DNA from: Diadema antillarum
Taxonomy: Eukaryota
Length of the DNA: 64,000 bases
Assembly: GCF_040938485.1 (NCBI RefSeq)
Contig: NW_027271382.1
Span: forward strand, 558,001-622,000
Direction: 5' to 3'
Shown here: one piece after another, positions 26,067 through 38,391 of the stretch
Layout: every line of letters begins with the position of its first letter
Numbering within the stretch: position 1 is the stretch's first letter
Notes under the pieces: generated by a model
Told to the model about the DNA's origin: nothing
Seen by the model: only the letters and a program-made list of their open reading frames with translations
The model's database searches: none
Translations under genes and position numbers: made by a program

Positions 26067-26376
26067 ATGAAGGACAAGTCTAAGAGCGTGGCGCGGGTCC
26101 TCTGCTACCCGATCCTGGGTCTATTCGGTCTGCACCACTTCTACTTGAGGAGGCGGTTCTTCGGCAGGGTGTACCTCTGCACCTTCGGGCTCTTCTTCCT
26201 GGGCTGGCTGATCGACTGGTTCCGGATAGGCAAGCTAGTGAAGCAGTGCAACGAGCACATCTCTGAAGCACGTGGTAGAGGTCACTGGATACACAGCAAG
26301 AAGTATCCGGGGTACCTGTCTCCCAAGCAGTTCAGTGATGCGCTCATTCTCTGGCTTCCTCCGTCTGGCCTTTTTG
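26067..26376 (+). CDS. Triple-TM2-domain membrane protein, gene E, exon 1 (join 26067..26376,27200..27876; 328 aa)
   Basis: MKDKSKSVARVLCYPILGLFGLHHFYLRR...DALILWLPPSGLFG|; phase-1 donor G|GTAATT. The start codon is inferred and an upstream exon is not excluded. Confidence 0.85.
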
Positions 26377-27199
26377 GTAATTACTTCATGCCGCCCTTTC
26401 TTTCTCGATTTCATAGCTATGAAGTGATGGTTACAGTATACTAGTAGGAGACTTCTGCATCGTTTACTGTTATTGGTTATCATTCGTCTCATGGGCAATG
26501 ACGTGCTAAGTACGTATGCTCAATATGAAAAGGAGATGAATGTAATTGATGTGGATAATTATATTGACTTATGTTAACGTGTAAAGCAATGACGTTACGA
26601 TAGCATTTTCTATAGTACTACCTCATACACACACTCACACACACACACACACAAATCTGATTATCATTTTGTTTGTGTTTTCTTAACTTAAAAAAAGAAA
26701 CATATTTCCATAATGAAAAAATGAAAAACGACTACTCAAATGATATTATGTAATAATGAATGCTTAGATATTTTGACAAAGAATTGGTGAAAATAATGTG
26801 GAATTAATGTAAAAAGCTCTTATAAACTATAATTTGGCAATTTCACGAATATTGGTTGGTTTTCTGTTAAGAGATGTCGATTTCTTCCCATGTTGTGCGG
26901 CAGCTAATGACACGAAAGAGTATCATTGGGACCATGGGATTTATCTCCCCTCCCTCTATGTCGACATCTGGAAAGTTTTACTTCCCATGAAGTGTCTAAG
27001 GGTAGGTCTCAAGCAAACCAAACAAGGAAAGGATTAGACCAAGATCAAACTAATTAGCTTACAGAAGAAGGCAGTAAACTCGAAGTATCAATTAATGTAT
27101 GTATTCTTAATTTCTGTAGACGTTGTTACCTTTATAAACGGTTATGACATAGAGGGTTTATTCTCTCTCCATATCACTCTTTCTGCTTATTTTCTACAG

Positions 27200-27876
27200 G
27201 CCTCCACCATTTTTACCTTGGAAGGACTCGCTATGGCATTTTCCATGCGTGTACTCTGGGATTCTTCGGTGTCGGGTGGATAGTCGATTTATTCCGTCTG
27301 TCGTACATGGTTGAAAAGGCGAACACAGACGTAAAACTCATGAAGAAGGGGGTCCGAGTCGGCGAAGACCCTTACGTCACTTCGGACGCGTATCTTCTTG
27401 CCATCCCCCTGGGATTGTTCGGACTTCACCACTTCTACCTGTACAACAAGTCACGCGGAATTCTCTTCCTCTGCACGCTGGGTGTGTTTGGAGTCGGTTG
27501 GCTGACGGACCTCGTTCAAATGACTCTTATCGTTAAGGAGGCCAACAAGAAGCGGCAGATGCGGGAGCGACTCCAACACGCCCTGGCGAACGGAGTGGAA
27601 CCAAGTCCAAACGCCATCGTCCTGAACGTGGTAGCATCCGGGAATCCTGGTTTCCAAGGAGATGGTGATGTTGGGCCCAGGCCAGTTGAGCATCCGGGGG
27701 GACTCACCGTCAACCTATCAGAGGCCCCTCCACCTTACAGGGCAGATGCGGCAGAGGGTCACTCCACTATTGCGATTGGAGGGGAAACAGCCGGTCCTTC
27801 GTCCTCAGCATTTCACGAAGGGGCCGCAGGGGCCGCAGAGGTGGTGGAAGGTATCCCACCGAAGCAAGACCACTAA
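27200..27876 (+). CDS. Triple-TM2-domain membrane protein, gene E, exon 2
   Basis: TACAG| acceptor at 27199; G|LHHFYLGRTRYG in frame with ORF 27307-27876; GLHHFYLYN; EAPPPY; TAA. Confidence 0.9.
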
Positions 27877-28686
27877 AATGAAGCCGCAAATTTCATTGAA
27901 ATACGAGAAGTATAAATTATGTAGGCCCTACTCCTGGATAGCATACTGTATAATATCTTAGAAGAGACATGATGTTTTGAATGCATAACCATGTAGAGCA
28001 ACATAGAGCAATGTACAGCCACCTGGCGCATCCCTTTCTGGTTGTTCATATTGTGCACCAGCAAAGTATCAGTTGATCAGTTGATCTCTATACTGATTCG
28101 GCCTTGATGAAGCGTAACCTTTTATGCCATTTATGACTACTATTCAATAACACAATCATGTGGTGTTGCATGTGAATTTGTTGAACTTCCTTCGTGGAAT
28201 AGTGTCTTATGTACTTTATGAACGTATACCACGGTCTAGGGCTTAGATTTATAGTCAACGAGATTTAATACATCCAGTTAAAACAAAACACGCAGACAAA
28301 CTTAAGTTGTTTTTTGTGATTAGTTTATATTTTCCCAATAATTGTGAACTATTAATTGTGAGCGTTTCGTGAGATATGATAAGAACTTTCACTTGATCCC
28401 TATTTTGGTCCTTTATCATCGTTTATCGAAGTGTTTATGAAATCGTAACATTTGCAACCTATCCGTAGAGTGGAAACCCATCTTAAAGATTAAACCTAAT
28501 ATTTTTGCCTATCATTATAGGACACCGTATATTCATTACATACTTACATATGCATATGCGCATAAAAGAAGAAATTGTCCGAATGTTTTATGAATTATGA
28601 TATGTATAAATATATATATGAATATATATCTATAATTTATACCTGTAAAAGGTATATACATATATCATTATACAATTATGTATATA

Positions 28687-29431
28687 CAGTGTGTTCCCAT
28701 CAAAAAAAAAAATAAAATAAAATTGGACTTTCCGCATTGATAACTTTCAAAATCCCAATGCTGTTTCAGGGTATGAAACAATAACGTCTTATACATACAT
28801 CTTGCATACGGTGAATCATGGAGAAATATGGATCTTTGTAAAGCATGTTATGGATCCGTTTCTACCAAGTTAAGCACTTGGATGTTCTTGGCATCCATAT
28901 GAATGGAAATATTTTGCTTACACCTGACAGGGCGACTAACCAATAAATTCAAATTTTTTTGCTTGACATTATATCAATATGTAAATACATATACATGTGC
29001 AAATATGTAAATGATATTGTTTATGATCATTGACCAAAAACGAGAAAAAAAAAACTTAAAGTAAAAAGGAAGAAGAGCTCAATCCAGTCTTCTATACAAA
29101 CTGTAGTTTAATATCTTTCTTTAATCATTCCTTTTCACACCTTACCAATGTAAGGTGTGAAATTACTTTTTTCATAAGTTGCAAATGAAAGGAAACAAAC
29201 AGTCAAGAGATATTTTTTGTGCAAGAAAACAATGAACAATGTCGTGTTTGTAAGGAGTGAACGCAATGGACAATGCGTCTTCTTACAAAACTTGGAGGGA
29301 AGGAACATCTGCATGACATGCTTTACAAAGATCCCCATTTCTCATAACCACTGAAGCAAATTGGATGGGGTTTTCTGTGAGATGAAGATAATAAGTTATT
29401 GTTTCATACCCTGAAATTGCATTTTGATTGA
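28687..29431. mobile_element. Degenerate Tc1/mariner-like MITE
   Basis: TA|CAGTGTGTTCCCA left end; perfect 22-bp inverted repeat TTTCAGGGTATGAAACAATAAC at 28764-28785 and 29395-29416. Right terminus not found. Confidence 0.35.
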
Positions 29432-31229
29432 TTTGCTATTTGTAAAACTATCGTTGCAAAAATTCTGATTGTAATTCTTGAAGACGCTTTTGTGGGTATC
29501 AGGCAAAATTTCCTCCCATTTGCATAACCAGGCAAAATTGCTCCAGCTCTACACATTTCATGCTGAAGTGTACAGTGTTGACTGGCCGTTTCTTATAATA
29601 TGAAAATACGCAATCAAACCTTAATCATTAATTGCAGCGTCCACAATTTCATTTCTGCATGTTTTGTTCAGGTCTAACTTTGTTTTTCTCTGCTTTTTCT
29701 CTTGTTTTGTTTATAATTACGAATACCACCATATCACCATTAAAGCAGTCAGAAATATGGTTGGGGAAAACAAGCATAAGCTGTAGACGAAATACGCCTA
29801 AGCACCCCTGAAGTTCAACATTTTGCATTTCACTGGTTGTCTGACGAGAATCCCCCACCCCCCCCCCCCCCCCCCCCCCCCGCGTTATCTTTTATACAAG
29901 ATTATACACTCGCCGCTGCTTTTTGACCCGTTCTCAAGGTTCAAGTCTATAGCACTGGATTATACCAAGGTTTAGTGCGTGCAAATGAATTTGTTCTTCA
30001 AAATATGTCCTGCCTTAACTAGATAAGGTCAGCCAAACTTGGAGGAGATTAGTCAGTGAGCGCCATTCCGTTTGGCCTAAATTTGTGAAATCTTAGACGA
30101 CTTGTCGTCGCTATAGCAACAAAACTTCATTACCAATGGTATTTCAAGCATCTATCGCTAAGAAATATCGTGAATACATACTATCGCTCTGTGTTAGTTG
30201 CCTATTGTTGTGTACTGTTAAATGGAACAAGACACAGCAACCGTATTCAATAGTGACGTAGAATCCACTTAACAGGTTAAAAAAAATGTTTCACGTGAGA
30301 CTTACTGTGAAATGTTGGACAAGCTCTATACACTGGGCACGCGCTAAGAAGTGACCAATAAAATATTCTCTGAAAATGAATGGCCTAGAATTGGCGTACA
30401 ATTCGACAAAATAAGCTATTGACCCCTCATGTCGCGGAAAAAAGCAGTATACAATGACATTGACGATGACAATACTAGTATTGATAACAATAAGAAGAAG
30501 TAAAATACTGATGATTAGAACGCCCGGTAAATAGAAGGAAAAATATAATCGGTGTCATGTACCCAAGACGCCCGGCATATTCTTCGACAAGCTACCATTT
30601 TTGTTTACCTAGCAATATGAGTAGGTATCTATTTCCTCACTTAATTGCGTCAAAACATGCAGCGTGGGTAAAGCAATATTGGTCCAAAACTCGAACTCAA
30701 GTTTAGAAGTTGTCCGCCATGTCTCGGTGCCTGCGGTGCCTTTCGCAAAAGGAAGCGAAACTCGACATGATTCCTAACGATATATCAACAGTTAAAACTT
30801 TGATTTTTTTCAAGAAAAAAATAAAATCATTTTTATTGAAATCTTACAATATACAACCAAATTAGTTTCGCTTCATCATCTCAATCTAGTCATCATTTTT
30901 TATAAGCATTAATCAATTATATATAAATCATTTTTTTATTAGACAAAAATAATTTGTCAAACATAAGTCCTAATCAGATGTTACTGTATATCACTGTGTC
31001 TATTCTCTCCTGTTTATATGTCCGCTCTTCTGCATCCTTACCGGTATATGTACCCAATTCTTCGCAATATTAATCCAGGGTGCGTCTTATTACTCTTACA
31101 TAATGGAATCCAATTTGCTTGTGTCCACGATGGCGCGTGTTGTAGTTTCATTTCTTTGTCTTTTTGTCTTTTTCCTTTTTTTTCTTTCCTTCCTAATTTG
31201 ATTTCATGTCAGTTGACATTGGTTTCTTT

Positions 31230-31562
31230 TATCTTGTTTTATATAGCTGTTTATAGTTTCATTAAGTCATTATTCGTTCTCTTATGTATTTTTTTCTGAG
31301 GGTCCCATATCGTACAAGCTTTGCTTTTCAGTGGGACCCTCTATTTCCATTCCCATCCTTATTTAATTTGTACTATGCATATGTAAGCCTATATACCTTA
31401 AAAAATACAATTATGTTGTTACTCATGATCACATGTATTTTGTTAATTTCCGTTTTTGAAATCATTACAAATATTTTCTACTAATGCATTGTATATAATG
31501 TATGTAATTTTCTCTGTTTATTTAAAGGAAATGAAAATAAAGTTGAACTGAATTGAATCGAA
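31230..31562 (+). mobile_element. Probable LINE (CR1/L2-like) 3' UTR remnant
   Basis: 10-bp stem GAGGGTCCCA/TGGGACCCTC (31298-31341) followed by GGAAATGAAAATAAA and a TTGAA-repeat tail. The same tail occurs at 62041-62115. Confidence 0.4.
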
Positions 31563-32696
31563 TAATTAACTTATGTCATATGCTAACAGAATGTAACCCT
31601 TGTGTATACCTTTTTAGAATTATTTTACCATCAAAAACGGGTAATGCATTACTATTGATTTAATTATGTCGGACAGTGCTCTACACAGCACACCGTCCTT
31701 CCGACACACTGAATTAGCTTGAGAAGCATGTTACAGAATGTGAAAAAATCAACACCCCTCATGCAAACTTATTACGTTGATTCATTTTCATACACTTCTG
31801 TAACTGGTCACTACAAACTGGAGATTTGATTTACGCTAATCGTTCCCACCATTTTTACGCCATGATGCAATGTACAAGACAGGATGTACAACGTCATGCG
31901 CTCTCCATTTGTTTGTATATAGGGTTTGTCTGTTTTGGTGTTTGTTTGTTGTTGGGTTTTTTCGCATGCTTCCTATATAGGTGGTCAATAAAGTATACAA
32001 CAGAAAACATTGTTACGGTATTTCAGCAGGTCAATTTCTTGTCTCATTAAGCGTTGATTTATTGTTCATTTCATACACTTTCAATTGACTGAACATAACG
32101 TGACGCGAACACTTCTGCTGGCATCAATCACACATAAATAACTCAATAATAGAGACGGTTAGCAATGATTGCCATAGCGTAATACATGCGAACAACTACA
32201 TTTTGCTTTATCATGAATGCTGATCATTAATTAAATCATTGTCACATGCCAACTTAAAAAGGTGTATATGTTGCATCGGAAACAATGCTCTCGTATCTAT
32301 TTCATCATGGTATTTTAGATTATTCATTCAAAGTTCGTGTGTCCCTTTTGCAACCATGAAAATTACATTCCTTTCGTAAGCTGGTATACTATTGTCGAGG
32401 TAGGTAATTTAGACCTTTCTTCAGAATAATAAAATTATACTTCTTAATGATGAAGGGAAATTATGGACAACCATTATTCTTGGTACAAATGGGGAGCGCA
32501 TACTCGAGTGCCATGGTTGCTGTTTCTTTCTTTATTTTTTACTCTGAGGTGTATTACCGTAGGAATTCATACACGATATTGAGAGATATTAATATATTCT
32601 TTAACCATGCGAAATTTCAAGCGTACATGTGACTTTTAGAGAATTTCGCTTATTTTGGGTTTGCTGTGAGACGAGATGATACTTTAACATCTTACA

Positions 32697-32866
32697 CAGG
32701 GGCGGATCCAGGAATTCCGTAAAGAGGGGGCGCGTTTACAAAATTAAAGGGGGGCGCACGCACCCCTCCCCCCCCCCCATTTTTTTCTTTTTATTTCTTT
32801 TGTTTCAACAAAAAAAAATAAAAGGGGGGCGTGCGCCGGTTGCGGTCCTCCCTGGATCCGCCACTG
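32697..32866. mobile_element. 170-bp MITE with a 7-bp target-site duplication
   Basis: Inverted ends CAGGGGCGGATCCAGG / CCTGGATCCGCCACTG (1 mismatch in 16); TCTTACA at 32690-32696 and 32867-32873. Confidence 0.8.
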
Positions 32867-33984
32867 TCTTACATAGAATACGATATCAAAAAGGTGACGT
32901 ATCAACTAAATTGGTTGACAATGCTACTGTAGTTTACCGCATCCACGCAGTAACGAACATCTCGTATGGGACTGTCATAGTACTGTATAATATCGAAGCT
33001 ACCTCTCTGTTATAAAGTTGTGAAAATAATATGGAGATGTACAGTTAACTGTGTAACGCCATGAGACATACATCATGTACTTCCATAATTCACGTGATTT
33101 CAACAAAATTTTCATTTTGATGAGAAAGATATTCTTCGAGATGGTGTCAGCGTTTTACAACTGAACTGGTAGACAGTTGACGACAATCGCACCTCATCAA
33201 CAAGGCACAAGCACATGGCTAGAGCGGCGAGAATGATAAATTGGCAATAGTTGTAACGAATACAATATCAGTATCATTCCGACGGAAATCACAGGATATT
33301 AGCGAATTAAAGGGCAAGAAGTGTATTTTCTTATAGCCATAACTAGTTAATTCCATGAGAAGAACAACAGCAAAATTGGCATCATCGTGGCATGATAAAC
33401 TTCACAATACGGTTTTCTCCACAACTTTTTTTAATTTGCTGAGGATGACGACATTTTCCCTCCTCGTTTGTAGTTTGCAAAGTTTGTAAACTTCACGCTC
33501 ACATCACACAAATTAGGATGGAATCAACACAATTCTGGAAGACAGAGCGAGGTGCAAAAAGTCACAAATACATTATATCGTCACTCTAAGATCCTGAAAC
33601 TCCGCATGAAACAACAACACCTCAATTTAAGATAGCTCATCGAAATAAGCACAATCGAACAACAGTAAGGATGTCGCATAAAAAAATCCATGACTCATGA
33701 CACAAGGGATTTTCTTTTGGCACTTCAAAACGAAGGTATGATGCATTGCTATTTCTTTGGTTCACAGAGGCCACTTTGAATCACTAAAGTCACTCGTGGC
33801 TGAATGTTTCTCACAGGCGCTGTCTATCACGCAAGCGTTTCCTTCAGCCTGTTTACCAGCTCGAACGAACAACGCGTAGTGTCTCAAAATCCGATTTTGC
33901 TTTGGTGACAGCTCTTTCCCAAAATAGAGTCTCTGCTCTATCGTCATAGGTGGAACTCAAGAATCAAGAAGAGAGAGAAAAAAA

Positions 33985-34276
33985 TTATGTTTGACACTGT
34001 CCAAGATGCAGTTTTAGGACACCCGCCTTGTGCAGTTTCTTCAGCATCACAAACTCATCGGGCAAGTTGTGAAACCGCCTGTAGCCGTAGTCATAGTTAT
34101 TACGCGTTGTGTTTCCCCGGTTGTCGTCGTAGTGATACGGAATGGGCGTCTGCTTGAATTCGGGAAAGGGGTAAAATCCGTACATGTGAATTTCGTCGCA
34201 GATAGTGGCCGCTATATTGAACATCAGCAGCCCTGTACTGATTCGTTCTTCGTCGATACCCTGCGTCATCCAGTAA
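33985..34276 (-). CDS. ST8SIA: Alpha-2,8-sialyltransferase-like (GT29), last exon (exon 4)
   Basis: TTTCAG| acceptor; YWMTQG..., sialylmotif S (ISTGLLMFNIAATICDEIHMYGF), motif III (YHYDD), motif VS (HNLPDE); C-terminal LHLGQC cysteine typical of ST8Sia; TAA at 33987-33985. Confidence 0.92.
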
Positions 34277-35400
34277 CTGAAAGTAAGAAAGAAAAATATA
34301 CGTTTCGTTAGACTAATGACATCATTACATACACGTCATCACAACAGTTAGTCGTACTTCTATTACGTTTCCCGCACTAACTACAAGAAAGATCCACGGC
34401 TGCGAAAAACAGTGATCCAAGAATTTGAGATAGAAATTGATCTCAGCGCTCGTCACAACTTCTGATGCGTCAATATAGGACCCTGCGTGCTTTGAACCAC
34501 GTGTATTACATCATTCTCTCTGAGAAGACACTTACATTACTATCACGACCAATGTGATATTTAGCCATAACTCCATGATCTATCATTTCAAAAGGAACTC
34601 CATCATTTTGTTAAAAGAAAGACAGAGAAATTATATATTGCTTTTCGTGTCTCGTTGATGTTGAAGCCACTGGGTGAAAGCCCGATTGAAACGTATCATT
34701 GCCATTGTACAGTGCGATGAGCAGATATCGAAAGAATTTCCAAACTGCACGATACTCAAAGTTAACCTTGTTTGATGGGGCCTTCTTGTTCATTTCTTTC
34801 ATTTTCAACATAATTATTTTGATATCAAATCGACCATCGGTACACTGAAATTAGAAATAAGCAGGGTAATAATCAATTTGATTCGACTGTGAGAAACAGT
34901 GGAGACCAAAGTACATAAACAGACCATTCATCGATTCACCTAGAAAATATAGATCATGAGTTATAAAGTTTGAAACGGCAGGAGTGTACTCAATTTATTA
35001 TGCTACAGACTTACTCTTACAACCATACTTTGATAGTCAGGGCCTTACAAAGGGAAACTGAGATTTCATTTTACTTTTACAATATCTATGAAGCATTTTC
35101 GCCATTATTCAGACTCTTCGTTACTTCCATGCAGGAACCATACGCTCTTCCCTTTTTATATTTCTCAAACTTTTGGCTTGATGAAATACCAGTATCTTAA
35201 TGCAGTATTGACATGTATCTGTGGGTAACATCCTTCCCTTTTTTTCTCAATACGTACCCTATCCCCCATTAAAGAAAAAGAAGAAGACAAAATCACATAT
35301 CGCACACGTTATGATACACGTACACATTAAAACAACACACCAACACGTGCAGGCGCACACACACTCTAACTAACACACACACGCCCCCGGTGCCACTCAC

Positions 35401-35960
35401 TCAGAAATATCCGGGAGAATGTTTCCAGGAAAGGCCAGTTGGACGTTTTTAAATCTCTTTGCATTGAGGTTGAAAAAGTCAAGAATCTCCTGCACTGTCC
35501 TGCTGATGTAATGCGTCGAGAAGATTGGGATCCAGAGCACGTACTTTCCGTAGCTCACCAAGCGCTTCTCAAACTTGTCCCTATCTCCGTCTTTTTTAAG
35601 TCGCCCATACAATCGATCTAGGATGCTTGGGTTAAAGGTTATTACATTCGTGTGCGTTCCCACGTCCTTCTCGTAACCGTCGACGGTGGCGAAATTACAG
35701 CGAATCGTCAAGTCCGCGGAATCTATCCTGTTCCCGCAGCTGCTGTTGAGCAGAATCCCGCTATTCCCTACGACCGAGCAGGTCTTGAAGAACTGGTTCC
35801 GGAAAAGTTGTTTCGTCGGCAGGAGCCGCTTGAGTCCCGCCGGATCAGAGTCATTGCCCTGGCCTTGGCGCTGTAGAATCGCTTGAGCTGCCCTCTCGTG
35901 TCGTCATCTGACGTCATTGTGATCATCTTGTAGGGGTTGAAGAACTTTCGCATCTCGGCT
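35401..35960 (-). CDS. ST8SIA: ST8Sia-like exon 3 (sialylmotif L), containing a 1-nt frameshift near 35843-35860
   Basis: Acceptor CCTAG| at 35961 and donor |GTGAGT at 35400. Reads CSVVGNSGILLNSSCGNRIDSADLTIRCNF...DVG..T...FNPS. The exon is 560 nt between two phase-2 junctions, where 561 are needed. Confidence 0.88.
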
Positions 35961-38391
35961 CTAGGACAAGCAAAAAAAAAAAAAAAATACAACGGACAAT
36001 ACTGATGTAAGACTGTGGTTCCACGGCATTTTTCTATTACTACTCTGTTTTACTTTTATAACGCATCTTGAACGTCACAATACAATGTAATGCCATTCTT
36101 TTGGGGATATATTCATCTTGTGCGTATTCTTGATTACTCAATCGGAAATATTGGAAATAAACATTAGGTTGAGGCGTGATTTTTTTTTTTTAATCTGTCT
36201 CCCTCTACAACCTTCGTCCCTCCGCTTACTACTAGTATTCTCTTGCTTTCATGAACACTAGGTATCAGATATTGCATTTTGTAGGTATACGTCAAAAAAT
36301 GAATATGCTTACTTTCATTCATTCATTCATTCATGTTTTATTTTCATTTCAAAACAATTAATATCGGGTAATGCAAACGTCCAAATATGATGGTATACTC
36401 TTGTAACATAATCATAACGTCACATGATCAGTAGAAATAAATCTTGTTTCATTGAGGACTTGATGGAAATTAAAATTGAGGGGCTTAACGACCTTTTACC
36501 ATTGACACCTGCTGAATAAAGGCTTTCACTTTATTCAAATGAATTGCACGGGAATAAAATCTCACTACAATTTCAAGACATTGGTCATACTTTTAATTTC
36601 CAATTTATAAATCATTTTTCATTTCCCATTTGTAAATCCTACAAGATTTCTTTACTGACCTGCACAAAGCAACCGAAGGTGCTCGTGACGACTTACGATT
36701 TATTGTGCTGTTTCTTATATTTCATTATGTTTTATAGATACAAACTAGTAAAAACATTAGTATGAATCATAATATACTAGTACACAAATGCATACAGTAT
36801 GTCTTTTTCTGAAAGGTATATGTAAGTGAGTAGCCGTTTATATATTGTACTGCAGTATGTCAAAATACATTCAATGACTAGGCACATACAACTTACTCAC
36901 AGCTTTATTGGGCTCACACCTATAAATAAAATGGAATATCCATGACCGCTTCACAAAATCGTACCAAAGATACCAAAATAAATGAAGAAAAAAATTAATC
37001 AAAATTCAAAAATGCAGTTTGGCAAAAAACTGAATAGCTGCAGATATTGAGTATGAATTCCTCTACAAACTGCATTTTGGTTGGAAGACGAAATCTTTTC
37101 TCATGGAATTTGAAGGGACAATGTTTCAAGTTGGGTGCATGTACAGAAAACAGGTGATTTTTTGAGCGAAAAGAACTCGTAGTCTGGCTATGCGAACCCT
37201 TGGACAGAGTTTGAGCTGAAGAACCCGCCTTGGAAATTTGATGGATGAAAGGGTATATCTCACTTACTTAGTATCCAGGTTAGTGAAGATAAAACACCTC
37301 ATTTCTCCCAGCTATTTTACAGAATTTTTGAATTTTGAATTTTTACACACGTCCCTATGGGAAAATATTTGCCCGTGTGAGCTCTATTGCGAGACAGAGC
37401 TTTGAAAGCTCTGTTGCGAGAGTTCAGAGCGGGTTGATCTATCAACCCGCTCTGCGGGAGTTGAAATAGCGCCATCTACGTCTATACAAACACCTCGGGC
37501 AAACATGCAAATTAGCTCTTAGGCTAACAAGGGGTGCCACTGACATTGTACGTAAGACATAAGGATGATCGCCGTCGAAGAAGAAGTTTATCCCACTGTT
37601 TTGGAAAGTTTATAAAACTTTAAGAATGCTAGAGGCCCTGTTACAATTGGTATGTTGCATAATTTCACCTTGTACTTGATGTTTGCATTTAGATGAAAAT
37701 ATCATGTTTCGCTGTCGTTTATTGGAATATTATAACTCCGAGAAAGTTGAGGAACTTTATGACCTTGGGAAAGTTCGGAGAGCAGCGTGCACGTGCGGTC
37801 AGCACACCATAATGCAGGTCAATACTAGTAAATGCATATTTGCAAGTGGAATGGCAGAAAATAAGAGACGGTACAGTCGAGAACTGTTACAGTCTGGTGT
37901 AAACGTGATGCAGCTGTATAGATGATGATGATGATAATAATGATGGTAATGCATCCATCACTGTACGTAAAATTCACTGTTCCTTGATAATAAGGTTTAG
38001 AGGTGTTTTTTTTTTTTAGCCTTCTCTGAAATGCTTATGTGCATCAAAGCTTTTGGGATTGGACACAGTAGGCCCTCTAGTATAATAGTACCATACAGTT
38101 ACCATGGTAGTCAATAGTGGATTAGTATTGTATAATAGTAGTACATGTAGTAGTAGTGGAAGCAGCAGCAGCAGCAGTAGTATAGTAGTAGTATCAGAAG
38201 TGGATGAATATTGTAGGTAGCTAGTGGTATACAATATCAAACAAGTATGATGAGATGATAGAGGTAGAAAGAATAATAGTATTAGTAGAAGGACCAGCAA
38301 TCGTTAACGTCGTAATGAAAGAAAGAAATGGCTATAGTTTTGGAGAGTAAGACATGCATCGTAACTTCGTATACCCAGAATATTCGAGTAC

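Noticed and set aside
5574-27876. Naming the array genes TM2D1/2/3 or DNAJC22
   Set aside because: There is no signal peptide or DRF motif as in TM2D1-3, and no J domain (HPD) as in DNAJC22, so gene symbols were left empty.
34611-34811. 66-aa minus-strand ORF as an extra sialyltransferase exon
   Set aside because: Exon 3 (GA|) joins exon 4 (|T TAC TGG) directly in frame, giving DISDYW; the ORF has no sialylmotif content.
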